Below are positions 1 through 8,494 of a stretch of DNA of 64,000 bases, in pieces. This DNA is from Spirochaetaceae bacterium (GTDB lineage Bacteria; Spirochaetota; Spirochaetia; DSM-2461), in contig JAOPTT010000002.1 in the NCBI GenBank assembly GCA_051531975.1, forward strand, positions 32,001 through 96,000, in the 5' to 3' direction. The translations under genes were made by a program, and so were the position numbers. The notes beneath the pieces were generated by a model. It was not told the origin of the DNA, searched no databases, and saw only the letters and a list, made by a program, of their open reading frames with translations. Every line of letters begins with the position of its first letter. Position 1 is the first letter of the stretch.

Positions 1-2123
1 TACTCATTTCCTGTTAACTTCCAAGGAGTAATAAAGACTTTTAGACTTCTATTTAAATCGGGGTAGTTAATAGGGTCATTTTTCCCTAAAACAGAGCTCG
101 CAATGTCGTAGGTATCGGCATTAGAAAGTAGCAGATCTGATACTTTTAAATCCCCACCGGAGTCTATTTCTTTTACCATCATTATTGGATGAACTCGACC
201 AGTAGGAACTAGAACTTCCCCAGAATCGTTAAGTAATTCAGTAAAGTCAAAAAACATATCGCTTGTTCCAGAAACACCATGATCTGAGACAATTATTATT
301 TTACTATTATTATATACATTGTTCTCTTTCATCCAATTAAACCAGTCTACAAGTAGGTTAAAAGAGGTCCTATATGTATCTAATACAACTTTAGGATTTA
401 TATAGTTTGTATTATTATCTCTATTTAATATCTGCTGTGGATTAGAACTCATATATGTTTTTGTAACTTTACCATCTTCATCTAATCCAAAAGGCATATG
501 TGTTAAGTTATTTGCAAAAAACTTAACTGTTTTAGTTTTTGAATCTGTAGTGGATAATTCAGGTAACATTTTTAGTACAGAAAAATTTTCTAATATATGA
601 GTAATAGTACTGCCACCATTATTTGTTTTTAGCCACTTACCCTTAGAGTATATTCTTGATTTAAAAATATGAGGAGATGATTTAAATAGACCAATAGCCA
701 TAAATAGACCTCTATAATCAATTGATTCTGTTAATTTATTAACTTCATTAACGTTTTTACCGAGAGACTTCCATTTTGAAAATATATCCTTGTTGGTATA
801 ATAATTTATATCATTGTCTTCAAAAACTGATTTATCCCAAATATAGTAGAGTCCACCAAATGAGATATCATATCCTTTTTTACCAAAGTCCTTAGAATAT
901 TGAGTATAAGCTAAGTTATATTGTTCTTTTATATCGATACCCTTTTTATTTATACTGTCCGGTGTAAAATCTCTACCACCTATAAGACTAGGCATGGATG
1001 TATATGTATTATTGGATATTGATATTGTATTAGGGTACCAGGTAAAACCTTTTAACTCACTTTCTAATTCAGGATTATCTAATAGCAGTTCTGGAATATA
1101 ACCTGCACAAAACATATCTAACATTATAATTATTACATTTTCTTCTTTAGAGAATTTAAATGCACTTAAATCTGAACTTTGGGTATTAGAGAAGTTTTGT
1201 TTAGTAGATTTTTGTTTAAATGTAACTATATTTCCAACTGTTTGTCCAAAACTCATTAGGTTAAGAATAACTAATATTGGTAATACTATTTTTGTTTTGT
1301 ATATAAACAGTAAAATAAAAGCCACAAATGATATAAAAATTAAAAACAACTCCAATAATTGTCGAACTTTTCCAAGTTTTAAGTTTTCTGCTTTAGTTAA
1401 TATTACACCATCTAAATTTCCAAAATCACCTGGTAGTAGATAGGAATAAACCCATGTCATTAGGGCTAAAAAAGTTATAAGCAGTAATAATAGGACCTTT
1501 CGGTTAAAACTAAATATTTTAACTATCCAATATAAGGCAGTAATAACTATAGCTGAAAATAGAATTAATGATATTACTATTTTTAAGCTCTCATCATATG
1601 TTTTTGCAGATGAAAAAAGTACATTAAGTGGTGAATATAAAAATGTATTGGCAATTAAAAGAATCAGGGATAAAACTGCAATTTTGTTAAAATTATCAGA
1701 AACATTTTTAGTTAAACTTTTTATCTTATTAACATAGTTATCAGAAAAACAGTAGAACAAGGATATAACCATTGAGATAAATGCTTTCAATGAACCAGAC
1801 TTGATAAAACCAAGGACATAAGAGTTAGAAGTTTCTGACTTCATATCAAATGTAAATGTAACAAATAACATCTTAAAAATTAAATATCCAGACAAAATAA
1901 GGGTTAATATTGAAAGTGATAAAAATATAAAGTATTCGATATTTTTTTCCATAAGTTTAAGTAGCTTAATTAAAAATAGGGCAGCAACTATAAATAGAAT
2001 TAAAAACAGACCTTCTCTTACTAATAAGATATCCCTGTGAATAAAAGAAGCATTCGCCCCTAAAAAGCAGAAGAGACCTAATATAAACTGTATTAGATCT
2101 CTATTTTTTGATATTTTAAACAT
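1..2123 (-). CDS. Membrane-anchored sulfatase-like / LTA-synthase-family hydrolase-transferase (3' end runs off the window)
   Basis: Not in the ORF track. Read by hand from ATG at 2123 (MFKISKNRDLIQFILGLFCF...). Many hydrophobic N-terminal segments, then alkaline-phosphatase-superfamily motifs ENVIIIMLDMF, FTWYPNTISISNNTYTSMPSL and IIIVSDHG. Confidence 0.75.
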   Translation of the reverse strand, partial: MFKISKNRDLIQFILGLFCFLGANASFIHRDILLVREGLFLILFIVAALFLIKLLKLMEKNIEYFIFLSLSILTLILSGYLIFKMLFVTFTFDMKSETSNSYVLGFIKSGSLKAFISMVISLFYCFSDNYVNKIKSLTKNVSDNFNKIAVLSLILLIANTFLYSPLNVLFSSAKTYDESLKIVISLILFSAIVITALYWIVKIFSFNRKVLLLLLITFLALMTWVYSYLLPGDFGNLDGVILTKAENLKLGKVRQLLELFLIFISFVAFILLFIYKTKIVLPILVILNLMSFGQTVGNIVTFKQKSTKQNFSNTQSSDLSAFKFSKEENVIIIMLDMFCAGYIPELLLDNPELESELKGFTWYPNTISISNNTYTSMPSLIGGRDFTPDSINKKGIDIKEQYNLAYTQYSKDFGKKGYDISFGGLYYIWDKSVFEDNDINYYTNKDIFSKWKSLGKNVNEVNKLTESIDYRGLFMAIGLFKSSPHIFKSRIYSKGKWLKTNNGGSTITHILENFSVLKMLPELSTTDSKTKTVKFFANNLTHMPFGLDEDGKVTKTYMSSNPQQILNRDNNTNYINPKVVLDTYRTSFNLLVDWFNWMKENNVYNNSKIIIVSDHGVSGTSDMFFDFTELLNDSGEVLVPTGRVHPIMMVKEIDSGGDLKVSDLLLSNADTYDIASSVLGKNDPINYPDLNRSLKVFITPWKLTGNE

Positions 2124-2125
2124 AT

Positions 2126-3193
2126 TTAACCTACTATCTCTTTGATTATTCCATTAAATCGATCTTCTAAACCATCTAATTCATTTTTATAAATGTTAAA
2201 AGCGTTGTCTATAATATTTTCTCTTTCTGTTTCATTTTCTAGATAATAACTACCTTTAGAAACCATATCAGAGAGATCCCATTTAAAGGGAACGTAGGTC
2301 TCTCCTGGAATAAATATATCAGGCCATGTTTCTAAGTGGGACATATCAGGTTTAAGCAGTAGAGATCTATTATATACAGCTTCAAAATCTCTTTTACAAA
2401 GTTCTCCCCAGCCAAATGGGCTAAGAATTATTTTAGACTCTTTAATCTCTCTATTAAACTGTTTCTGGTCTACCCTACCATTTAGAAAATCTGGGTTATC
2501 TTTAATAATTTCAACAATTAATTTTCTTTGATGATGTATACTTTTTTTTGCTGGGAAACCAAGTCGACCATGTATTTTATATTTTTTTACAGAACCAACA
2601 ATACCTGCTCCATCCCAGAAGTTTCTATGATATAAAAACTTAACAAATATAGGCCCAAAAGCTCTAGCAATAACAACTCCAATTCGCTGTCTTAATTTAG
2701 TATTAGGGAAATCTGTTACACCAATATTCCAGGATAGTCTTAATTTATCTAATAAAGATTCATCGGTTAGAACTTCTCGAATTATAGGTTCTGGATCAGT
2801 AACTCCATGCTTTTCATGATGATATTCAGAGAACATCTCATCTCCATAAAAAGTTTTTTTATACAAAGAACGGTCTTTAAAAAGTGCTTTATTATAAAAT
2901 AGATCTACATAGGGTAAAACTTCAGGTCTATGAATAGCTCCACCTGCATTTCCATTAAAGAAAGCAATTCTTTTATACTTTGAACGAAGCTTTTTCATAA
3001 ATTCTAAATCGACAACATCAGGTTTCAAAAACCACCGAACCATAATAAGTATACTATTTTTATCTTTATTCAAAACATATTCACTACTATTAGTAAACTT
3101 AAATCTTTTACACTGCTTCGAAAAAAGAAATGGCTTTAAACTGTGAAAAAGAGACAATCTATCATAAAATGCTAAAACTGTTATATCTTTCAT
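2126..3193 (-). CDS. Glycosyltransferase-family protein (GT-B-like C-terminal domain)
   Basis: C-terminal SKIILSPFGWGELCKRDFEA...YVPFKWDLSD motif typical of GT-like proteins in polysaccharide loci. Confidence 0.65.
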   Translation of the reverse strand: MKDITVLAFYDRLSLFHSLKPFLFSKQCKRFKFTNSSEYVLNKDKNSILIMVRWFLKPDVVDLEFMKKLRSKYKRIAFFNGNAGGAIHRPEVLPYVDLFYNKALFKDRSLYKKTFYGDEMFSEYHHEKHGVTDPEPIIREVLTDESLLDKLRLSWNIGVTDFPNTKLRQRIGVVIARAFGPIFVKFLYHRNFWDGAGIVGSVKKYKIHGRLGFPAKKSIHHQRKLIVEIIKDNPDFLNGRVDQKQFNREIKESKIILSPFGWGELCKRDFEAVYNRSLLLKPDMSHLETWPDIFIPGETYVPFKWDLSDMVSKGSYYLENETERENIIDNAFNIYKNELDGLEDRFNGIIKEIVG

Positions 3194-3349
3194 TAAACTC
3201 TCTTTATAAACCCAATTATTTGTTTATTATTAATATCTATCTTGAATCCTATTCTTGTTGTGTTATAAGTCATTCTGGCACTTCCATTTAATTTTTACAA
3301 CAGTTACGTATTATGGATATTTCTTATTTAATTAAGAATAAGCAATGTT

Positions 3350-3643
3350 TTAAACACTAAGTTCTATATGATTTTTCTTAATATTATCCTGAAACTCTTT
3401 TGGTAAATCAGCCCAGATAAATAGATCCACTCTAAATGTTATATCACTCTCTTGTAAAGATTCACGAAGATTAAAAACATTATCATTATTATTAGTAAAA
3501 ACAACCATATCTAGATCAGAGTAGTTACTATACTGTTCTGTTATCCGAGAACCATAAACCCACACGACCACATTAGGAATATTATCTTTAATAAGTAATT
3601 TTAATATATTTTGATCTTTTGTAGAGATACCTAATTTATTCAT
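3350..3643 (-). CDS. Minimal nucleotidyltransferase (MNT) antitoxin
   Basis: GSR-x7-SDLD motif (YGSRITEQYSNYSDLD) and VDL. Start moved to ATG 3643, which overlaps the upstream HEPN stop. Confidence 0.85.
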   Translation of the reverse strand: MNKLGISTKDQNILKLLIKDNIPNVVVWVYGSRITEQYSNYSDLDMVVFTNNNDNVFNLRESLQESDITFRVDLFIWADLPKEFQDNIKKNHIELSV

Positions 3644-4049
3644 GATACTCAATAATCTTAGAATATAATAATTTAGCATTTTTTATAAAGTCTTCCATTA
3701 AACCGATAGATTCCAGGGCCTTTTCTCCATTATAGTCGTGGGATGTACTTATTCTGGCACTTGCATAACTAAACCACTGTTCAAGGGAACTGTCTAAAAG
3801 AGAGTTTTCAGCTGCAATTCTAAGTATAGGTTTAGGACTATTTGGAACATCAGGTATACCAAGTTCATGTATAAGATATTTTTTTAACAGCTTCCATAGT
3901 GTATCCCAACATGTCTCAAAACGCTGTATAACAGACTCTTGTACAGCCTCTTGAATCAATATATCCAAAGAGGGGTTAAGTGTTCTATAGTTATTATACT
4001 GTAATTCTAAGTTATTTAATGACTTAATAAACTTACTATAATCAATCAT
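3636..4049 (-). CDS. HEPN protein, HI0074-type nucleotidyltransferase substrate-binding family (putative RNase toxin)
   Basis: IQRFE...WKLLK, SPK and R-x4-H-x-Y (RISTSHDY) motifs; paired with the downstream MNT. Confidence 0.85.
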   Translation of the reverse strand: MIDYSKFIKSLNNLELQYNNYRTLNPSLDILIQEAVQESVIQRFETCWDTLWKLLKKYLIHELGIPDVPNSPKPILRIAAENSLLDSSLEQWFSYASARISTSHDYNGEKALESIGLMEDFIKNAKLLYSKIIEYHE

Positions 4050-4117
4050 AGTTAATGTTACTATCTATTAGAGCTATCGTCTAGAGAAGTTTAAAGCTTC
4101 TTTTTTAAGGGTTATAT

Positions 4118-4414
4118 TTATAACTTAAGAAGCACAGAGCTATTTTCAACTTCTGTGGATAACAGTGAGTCTGAAGAGTGATACTGAACAAAATCAACTT
4201 TTAAATCAAAATCTCTTATTGCTAAATAAGTAATAACTTCTATCCTCTTCTTTTTAAACTCTGCAGAGCTAATGTTTGTATCAATCGCAATATCAATATC
4301 TCCGCCTCTTTTACTATCGTCTACTCGACTACCAAATAGATATATATTGACATCATCAAAATAGGTATTTATAGCATTGACTAGAGTTTTAATAATACGT
4401 TTTGATACTCTCAT
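4118..4414 (-). CDS. Minimal nucleotidyltransferase (MNT) antitoxin
   Basis: YLFGSRVDDSKRGGDIDI motif and KVD; ATGA overlap with the upstream HEPN gene. Confidence 0.88.
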   Translation of the reverse strand: MRVSKRIIKTLVNAINTYFDDVNIYLFGSRVDDSKRGGDIDIAIDTNISSAEFKKKRIEVITYLAIRDFDLKVDFVQYHSSDSLLSTEVENSSVLLKL

Positions 4415-4887
4415 GTTAAATACCTATTTGCAAATTGAATGCTGTTTAGATAATAGAGCTCTATCTTAGAAAAATTATCTATACAAAATTTTAAGTCTTT
4501 TAAAGCTTCAGTAAGGTTTTCAGGATAATCGTGTTCAAGTTCATTTCTAACCTCTCTGAGTTCTATCCAACTGTTTAATGAGTCTATAATTTCTTCATTT
4601 TCGATATTATATAAAACTTCACTCATTTTAGAACTATTAACTCCTGCAACTTCAAGTAGCAGAGGGAATACCTTTGCACCTAAAAAGTCCTGTATAGAAC
4701 TAAATCTCTTAAGATAAGCATCTAAAACAGCTCTATCTGTAACACCTAAAGCTTTGAATATATTAGGTTCATAAATATTAGTAGTAGAAGTCATCTCTTG
4801 AATATAAATATAGTAATCTTTAATAGCGATATAATGTTTCTCTAACTTACCTAATCTTTTTTTAAGAATTTCTTTGCTATTTATCAT
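4411..4887 (-). CDS. HEPN-domain putative RNase toxin
   Basis: DAYLKRFSSIQD...G and W-x2-LREVRNELEHDYP (R-x4-H-x-Y). Likely start is ATG 4887, after a GGGGTG SD-like sequence. Confidence 0.8.
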   Translation of the reverse strand: MINSKEILKKRLGKLEKHYIAIKDYYIYIQEMTSTTNIYEPNIFKALGVTDRAVLDAYLKRFSSIQDFLGAKVFPLLLEVAGVNSSKMSEVLYNIENEEIIDSLNSWIELREVRNELEHDYPENLTEALKDLKFCIDNFSKIELYYLNSIQFANRYLT

Positions 4888-4932
4888 AATTAAAATACAC
4901 CCCAATACCATATTTACAACACATCTATAGGA

Positions 4933-4961
4933 ATTATAGCCAACCTAAATTTAAAAGGCAA
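4933..4961 (-). promoter_or_regulatory. Putative sigma70 promoter TTGCCT-N17-TATAAT for the HEPN-MNT pair
   Basis: Perfect -10 box, 17-nt spacer, 3/6 -35 box starting with TTG, about 45 nt upstream of the HEPN start. Confidence 0.55.
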
Positions 4962-4994
4962 GATAAACAAATGCTATAGATAATGTAAAAGTTA

Positions 4995-5843
4995 TTACCG
5001 CTTTTGTAGTTTGATACATTCTATTTTACTAATTGGTAGTCCAGATATTTTAGATACTTCTTTAATATCCATACCATTGTTAAGCATTTTAACTACTAGT
5101 TCAGTAATTCCTTCCTGACGACCTTCCTGGCGACCTTCCTGACGACCTTTTTCCACTGAAGACTTCTGAATATAGTTATACTCTTTCCTCTTATGCTGTG
5201 CTTCCAGCTCTTCTTCTGTCATTCCAGCTTCATTTACACTATCCAGTGCATCTTTTACATAACAATCAAGGGTTTGTGGTATATACTCCAGACTTCCGGC
5301 ATTCTTAATAAAATATATCCACTGATCCTTAATATTCTCTAATTCTGATAGATCTTTATTAAATTTAGTAAGTTCTATAAATATTAACTCTATATCATCG
5401 GAATACTGTATAAATGAGTCCTTCTCCAATAGTTTAAACCTACTAATAGCATTCTCAGAATCGGGAAACATATTAAAATCAACTATAGTTAATGCAATTA
5501 CAGGGTTTAACAGAGAGTATTCATCTTTTCTTTTTAACTGTAACGAATAATTTTTTGCAGCATTATACAGTATACGTTTCTCAAAACCCTCATGGTTTAA
5601 AACTTGCATCTCTATTATAACTTTCGTTCCATCATCTAATATCGCCTTAACATCTACATATGTATCCTTCATACCCTGAATCATAGGTATATTGTATGGA
5701 TCAACAATATCTAAGTCCTGAATAGACCTACCATTAGGAAAATCAACTAGGGCATTTAAGAAACTAATTAATATTTTTTTATTCTTGGTACTTCCAAAAA
5801 CTTTTTTAAAAGCAAAATCTGTCTTAACATCTAAAAAATGCAT
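4995..5843 (-). CDS. Rpn family recombination-promoting nuclease / PD-(D/E)XK putative transposase
   Basis: DFAFKKVFG, VDVKA...IIEMQ (PD-(D/E)XK with Q), FIEL.KF, C-terminal EGRQ repeats and HTH-like tail. Confidence 0.9.
   Translation of the reverse strand: MHFLDVKTDFAFKKVFGSTKNKKILISFLNALVDFPNGRSIQDLDIVDPYNIPMIQGMKDTYVDVKAILDDGTKVIIEMQVLNHEGFEKRILYNAAKNYSLQLKRKDEYSLLNPVIALTIVDFNMFPDSENAISRFKLLEKDSFIQYSDDIELIFIELTKFNKDLSELENIKDQWIYFIKNAGSLEYIPQTLDCYVKDALDSVNEAGMTEEELEAQHKRKEYNYIQKSSVEKGRQEGRQEGRQEGITELVVKMLNNGMDIKEVSKISGLPISKIECIKLQKR
5110..5149. repeat. 12-bp in-frame tandem repeat x3 (CCTTCCTGRCGA) encoding GRQE repeats
   Basis: ccttcctgacga ccttcctggcga ccttcctgacga cctt seen directly; typical of Rpn C-termini. 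Confidence 0.9.
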
Positions 5844-5900
5844 TTTATCCTCCAGTTAATTATTTAGTAGTAATATTTATATAAATTCAGATAATATGAT

Positions 5901-5952
5901 AAATATTATAGTTTCTTTTTATATTTATTCCCATACATCTCATATAGTATTT
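5901..5952 (-). repeat. Degenerate copy of the rfbB 3' end plus downstream flank (direct repeat of 8362-8414)
   Basis: aaatattatagtttctttttatatttattcccatacatctcat-atagtattt aligns with aaatagtatagattctttttttatctgtttccatacatctcttgatagtattt. Confidence 0.8.
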
Positions 5953-5985
5953 ATAACATCCACTAAAGTTTTAATAATACGTTTT
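5947..5985 (-). pseudogene. 39-bp fragment of an MNT gene 5' end (35/39 match to 4365-4403)
   Basis: Encodes KRIIKTLVDVINT versus KRIIKTLVNAINT in the intact MNT. Confidence 0.8.
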
Positions 5986-6008
5986 CTCCTACCCTTTTGT
6001 GTCTAATA

Positions 6009-7514
6009 TCAAAATTTACTTGCTAAAATAGACCAAAGTTCTTTTGTCTCTAAAAAATGTCTTCGCCACCTTGAGAATACAAGTTCATTATTATCAATTG
6101 ATACAAGAACAAAAAGAGCTTTAAGTACTTTAAAATCAGTCTCATGGTCAATATTTACCCAAGCTTCTTCAGAAAGAGCAATGCTTCGGTGACACAAATC
6201 TATTATTTTTAAAATCTTATCATTACTACTTAAAGGATCAAATGTTTCTTTCAAATATTCAGAATGTTCTTCTGACATCTGTTCCATAGAAGTTGCAAAT
6301 ATTTCAGTATTCTTATAATTTTGATCATCATCAGGAAGGTCCGAGGATATTATATCCATATGATCTTGATGCTCATCTATTATTGTCCCATTCAAATTAT
6401 TTAAAATTTCTTCATTTTTTTTGTGCCATTTATTTACAATATCTCTATAAGTATCTTTTTCTCCAGGATCAAACGAGCTAAAAGCTTCAATTAGTTCAAC
6501 CTGCTCTATAAAATAATTAATATCAGAAGGCTTTCTGTTAAACATAGAGATGATACTAGAAAGTTGATCTTCTACTGTATTCAACTTATTTGAATTTACT
6601 GAAAAATTTAATAATGAAGATCTTTTTTCTATGGGAATAGTAATAAATTTGGAACATAAAAGCTCCAGAAGTTCATCTAATTTAAAAACTTCACTTTTAC
6701 TAAGAACAAAAATTTCAATAACTCTTCTAACATCTTTCAAAACTACCAATGCTTCTTCAATAATTCTTGAAGCACCTATCTGAGTTATAGATTTATAATT
6801 GACAATTTGCGTCTTTAAATTTTCCTCAAAATCATTATTATTAGTGTTTTTATATATAATTTCACTTTGTGTTATATTATCCTCTCTACTTAGAACCTTA
6901 AACCGATTAATAACACTATCAATATTATCATACAAAGGATAAATTCTATCCCATAGCTTTTGTCCATCCATAGTTAGGGGCATCTGAACAGTTTTTTTTA
7001 GAAATCCATTCATCCAATTAACAACTGCTCTGCATTCTGAAGTTGTTATATCCCCTAAAACAAATGCTTTATCCCCAAGTCTATTTTCAATTAAAATAGC
7101 AACGGATAAAATAGCTAGATGATAGGGATACCCTTGTGTTTTACCACCCAATATTTGCGTTCCATTACAATCTACATAAACTAAATCATCTTCGTTAGCA
7201 AAAAGGACATCTTTTGAATTATTAGTAAAACAATGTTTATTGACTTCAAATTTGTAAAGTTCGAATGTTTCAGCCTGTTTCAATGATTTAAGATCACCAG
7301 ATATTTGCCAGTTCTCATCATCCGTTCCTATATTTTCACAAATTTGTTTAGATAATACATACCTTTCATGTCCTGCCACATTGTCCAGTGTCAATCTTAT
7401 TAAATCAACAGGAAAGTTCTTTAGTACTAATTTAGATTCTTCGTAAACACGACTCCACTCTTCCTGAGTAACCCCAGAATCAAAATTAACATATAAATTT
7501 ACAAAAATACCCAT
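6009..7514 (-). CDS. Hypothetical protein (501 aa)
   Basis: Long ORF with a GAGGG SD; soluble; no family recognised with confidence. Confidence 0.8.
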   Translation of the reverse strand: MGIFVNLYVNFDSGVTQEEWSRVYEESKLVLKNFPVDLIRLTLDNVAGHERYVLSKQICENIGTDDENWQISGDLKSLKQAETFELYKFEVNKHCFTNNSKDVLFANEDDLVYVDCNGTQILGGKTQGYPYHLAILSVAILIENRLGDKAFVLGDITTSECRAVVNWMNGFLKKTVQMPLTMDGQKLWDRIYPLYDNIDSVINRFKVLSREDNITQSEIIYKNTNNNDFEENLKTQIVNYKSITQIGASRIIEEALVVLKDVRRVIEIFVLSKSEVFKLDELLELLCSKFITIPIEKRSSLLNFSVNSNKLNTVEDQLSSIISMFNRKPSDINYFIEQVELIEAFSSFDPGEKDTYRDIVNKWHKKNEEILNNLNGTIIDEHQDHMDIISSDLPDDDQNYKNTEIFATSMEQMSEEHSEYLKETFDPLSSNDKILKIIDLCHRSIALSEEAWVNIDHETDFKVLKALFVLVSIDNNELVFSRWRRHFLETKELWSILASKF

Positions 7515-7562
7515 ATATCCCTCATTACAAGTTAATAGTACTACATAATAATAAATATTATA

Positions 7563-7982
7563 TTAAGGAACTATTTTAATACCTATTTCACTACAGAAAG
7601 AAATAATTGATTTATACTCTTTTGTAGCTATTGCTTTTAATATTTCTAGATTAATCTCTTGATATTCATGTATGGCGATATTTCTAAAACCTGTCATACT
7701 AATCATAGATTTGGATACTGAGCTTGAAATGATCGAATTATTACTTAAAAGAGTGAAAGCCTCTCCACTATTCTGAGGTATACCTAAATGTTTTACAGAT
7801 ACTATATGACCAGCTAAGTCGATTACAGCTTGGCAAGCTCTCTCAATATTTAAAATCATGGCATCAACATGTGTAAAATTATCCAGACTAGGATTAGATG
7901 AAAATTCTTCTAACATACGCCGAAGAGATCTCTCAATTATGGCACCTTTATTAAAAATAATATTATCAGGCTCTATATGCAT
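7563..7982 (-). CDS. hepT: HepT family HEPN RNase toxin (DUF86)
   Basis: ERACQAVIDLA.H and MTGFRNIAIHEY (R-x4-H-x-Y). Confidence 0.92.
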   Translation of the reverse strand: MHIEPDNIIFNKGAIIERSLRRMLEEFSSNPSLDNFTHVDAMILNIERACQAVIDLAGHIVSVKHLGIPQNSGEAFTLLSNNSIISSSVSKSMISMTGFRNIAIHEYQEINLEILKAIATKEYKSIISFCSEIGIKIVP

Positions 7983-8358
7983 CTAATATCTCCTTCCGAT
8001 CAATATTAAGTTGAAAATACATTCCTATAAGTGATGAACTATAAATATCGCACTTAGAGACATCTTTTTTATAGATACTTTCACCTCTAAAAAAAGCTTC
8101 GGCAGCATAAACAAGATTCTTAGATGATAATATACCAATATCAACAGATCTACCTAATAAAATCTCTAATTCCCCAGACAAAGTGACTTTATCAAAAGAA
8201 GAAAATTCACAACCATTCTCAAAAAGAATAGCAAGATCTATATCACTATCAGATCTCATTTCACCTCTATAAGCACTTCCAAGAAGATAAACTCCTAAGA
8301 TTCGATTATCATTAATAAAATGAGCTGTAATAATATCTCTAATTTTATCTACATTCAT
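7966..8358 (-). CDS. mntA: MntA family adenylyltransferase antitoxin
   Basis: GS-x10-DxD motif (GSAYRGEMRSDSDID) and GRSVD; directly upstream of and overlapping hepT. Confidence 0.92.
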   Translation of the reverse strand: MNVDKIRDIITAHFINDNRILGVYLLGSAYRGEMRSDSDIDLAILFENGCEFSSFDKVTLSGELEILLGRSVDIGILSSKNLVYAAEAFFRGESIYKKDVSKCDIYSSSLIGMYFQLNIDRKEILDAYRA

Positions 8359-8365
8359 ATTAAAT

Positions 8366-8394
8366 AGTATAGATTCTTTTTTTATCTGTTTCCA
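8366..8394 (-). promoter_or_regulatory. Putative promoter TGGAAA-N17-TATACT, 7 nt before the mntA ATG (leaderless-type)
   Basis: Spacing counted by hand; no SD before mntA; the -35 box lies inside the rfbB-tail repeat. Confidence 0.5.
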
Positions 8395-8450
8395 TACATC
8401 TCTTGATAGTATTTTTGGTAATCTCCACCTGCACCCTCATATACCCACCA
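8382..8450 (-). pseudogene. Orphan copy of the last 22 codons plus stop of rfbB (59/69 nt identical to 10867-10935)
   Basis: Translates WWVYEGAGGDYQKYYQEMYGNR* versus WWVSEVASGDYQKYYQEMYGNR* in rfbB; ungapped alignment. Confidence 0.92.
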
Positions 8451-8494
8451 GCATTTCTATTAAAAAAAAGCTTAAATAGTTATGTCTTTCACTG

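Noticed and set aside
4995..5843. Rpn genes as true insertion sequences
   Set aside because: No terminal inverted repeats or target duplications around either copy; the family label 'transposase' is not evidence of autonomous transposition.
3194..8494. Possible integron cassette array (short co-oriented TA genes)
   Set aside because: No integron integrase in the window and no convincing paired RYYYAAC...GTTRRRY attC hairpins in the spacers; the repeats found are gene-derived instead.
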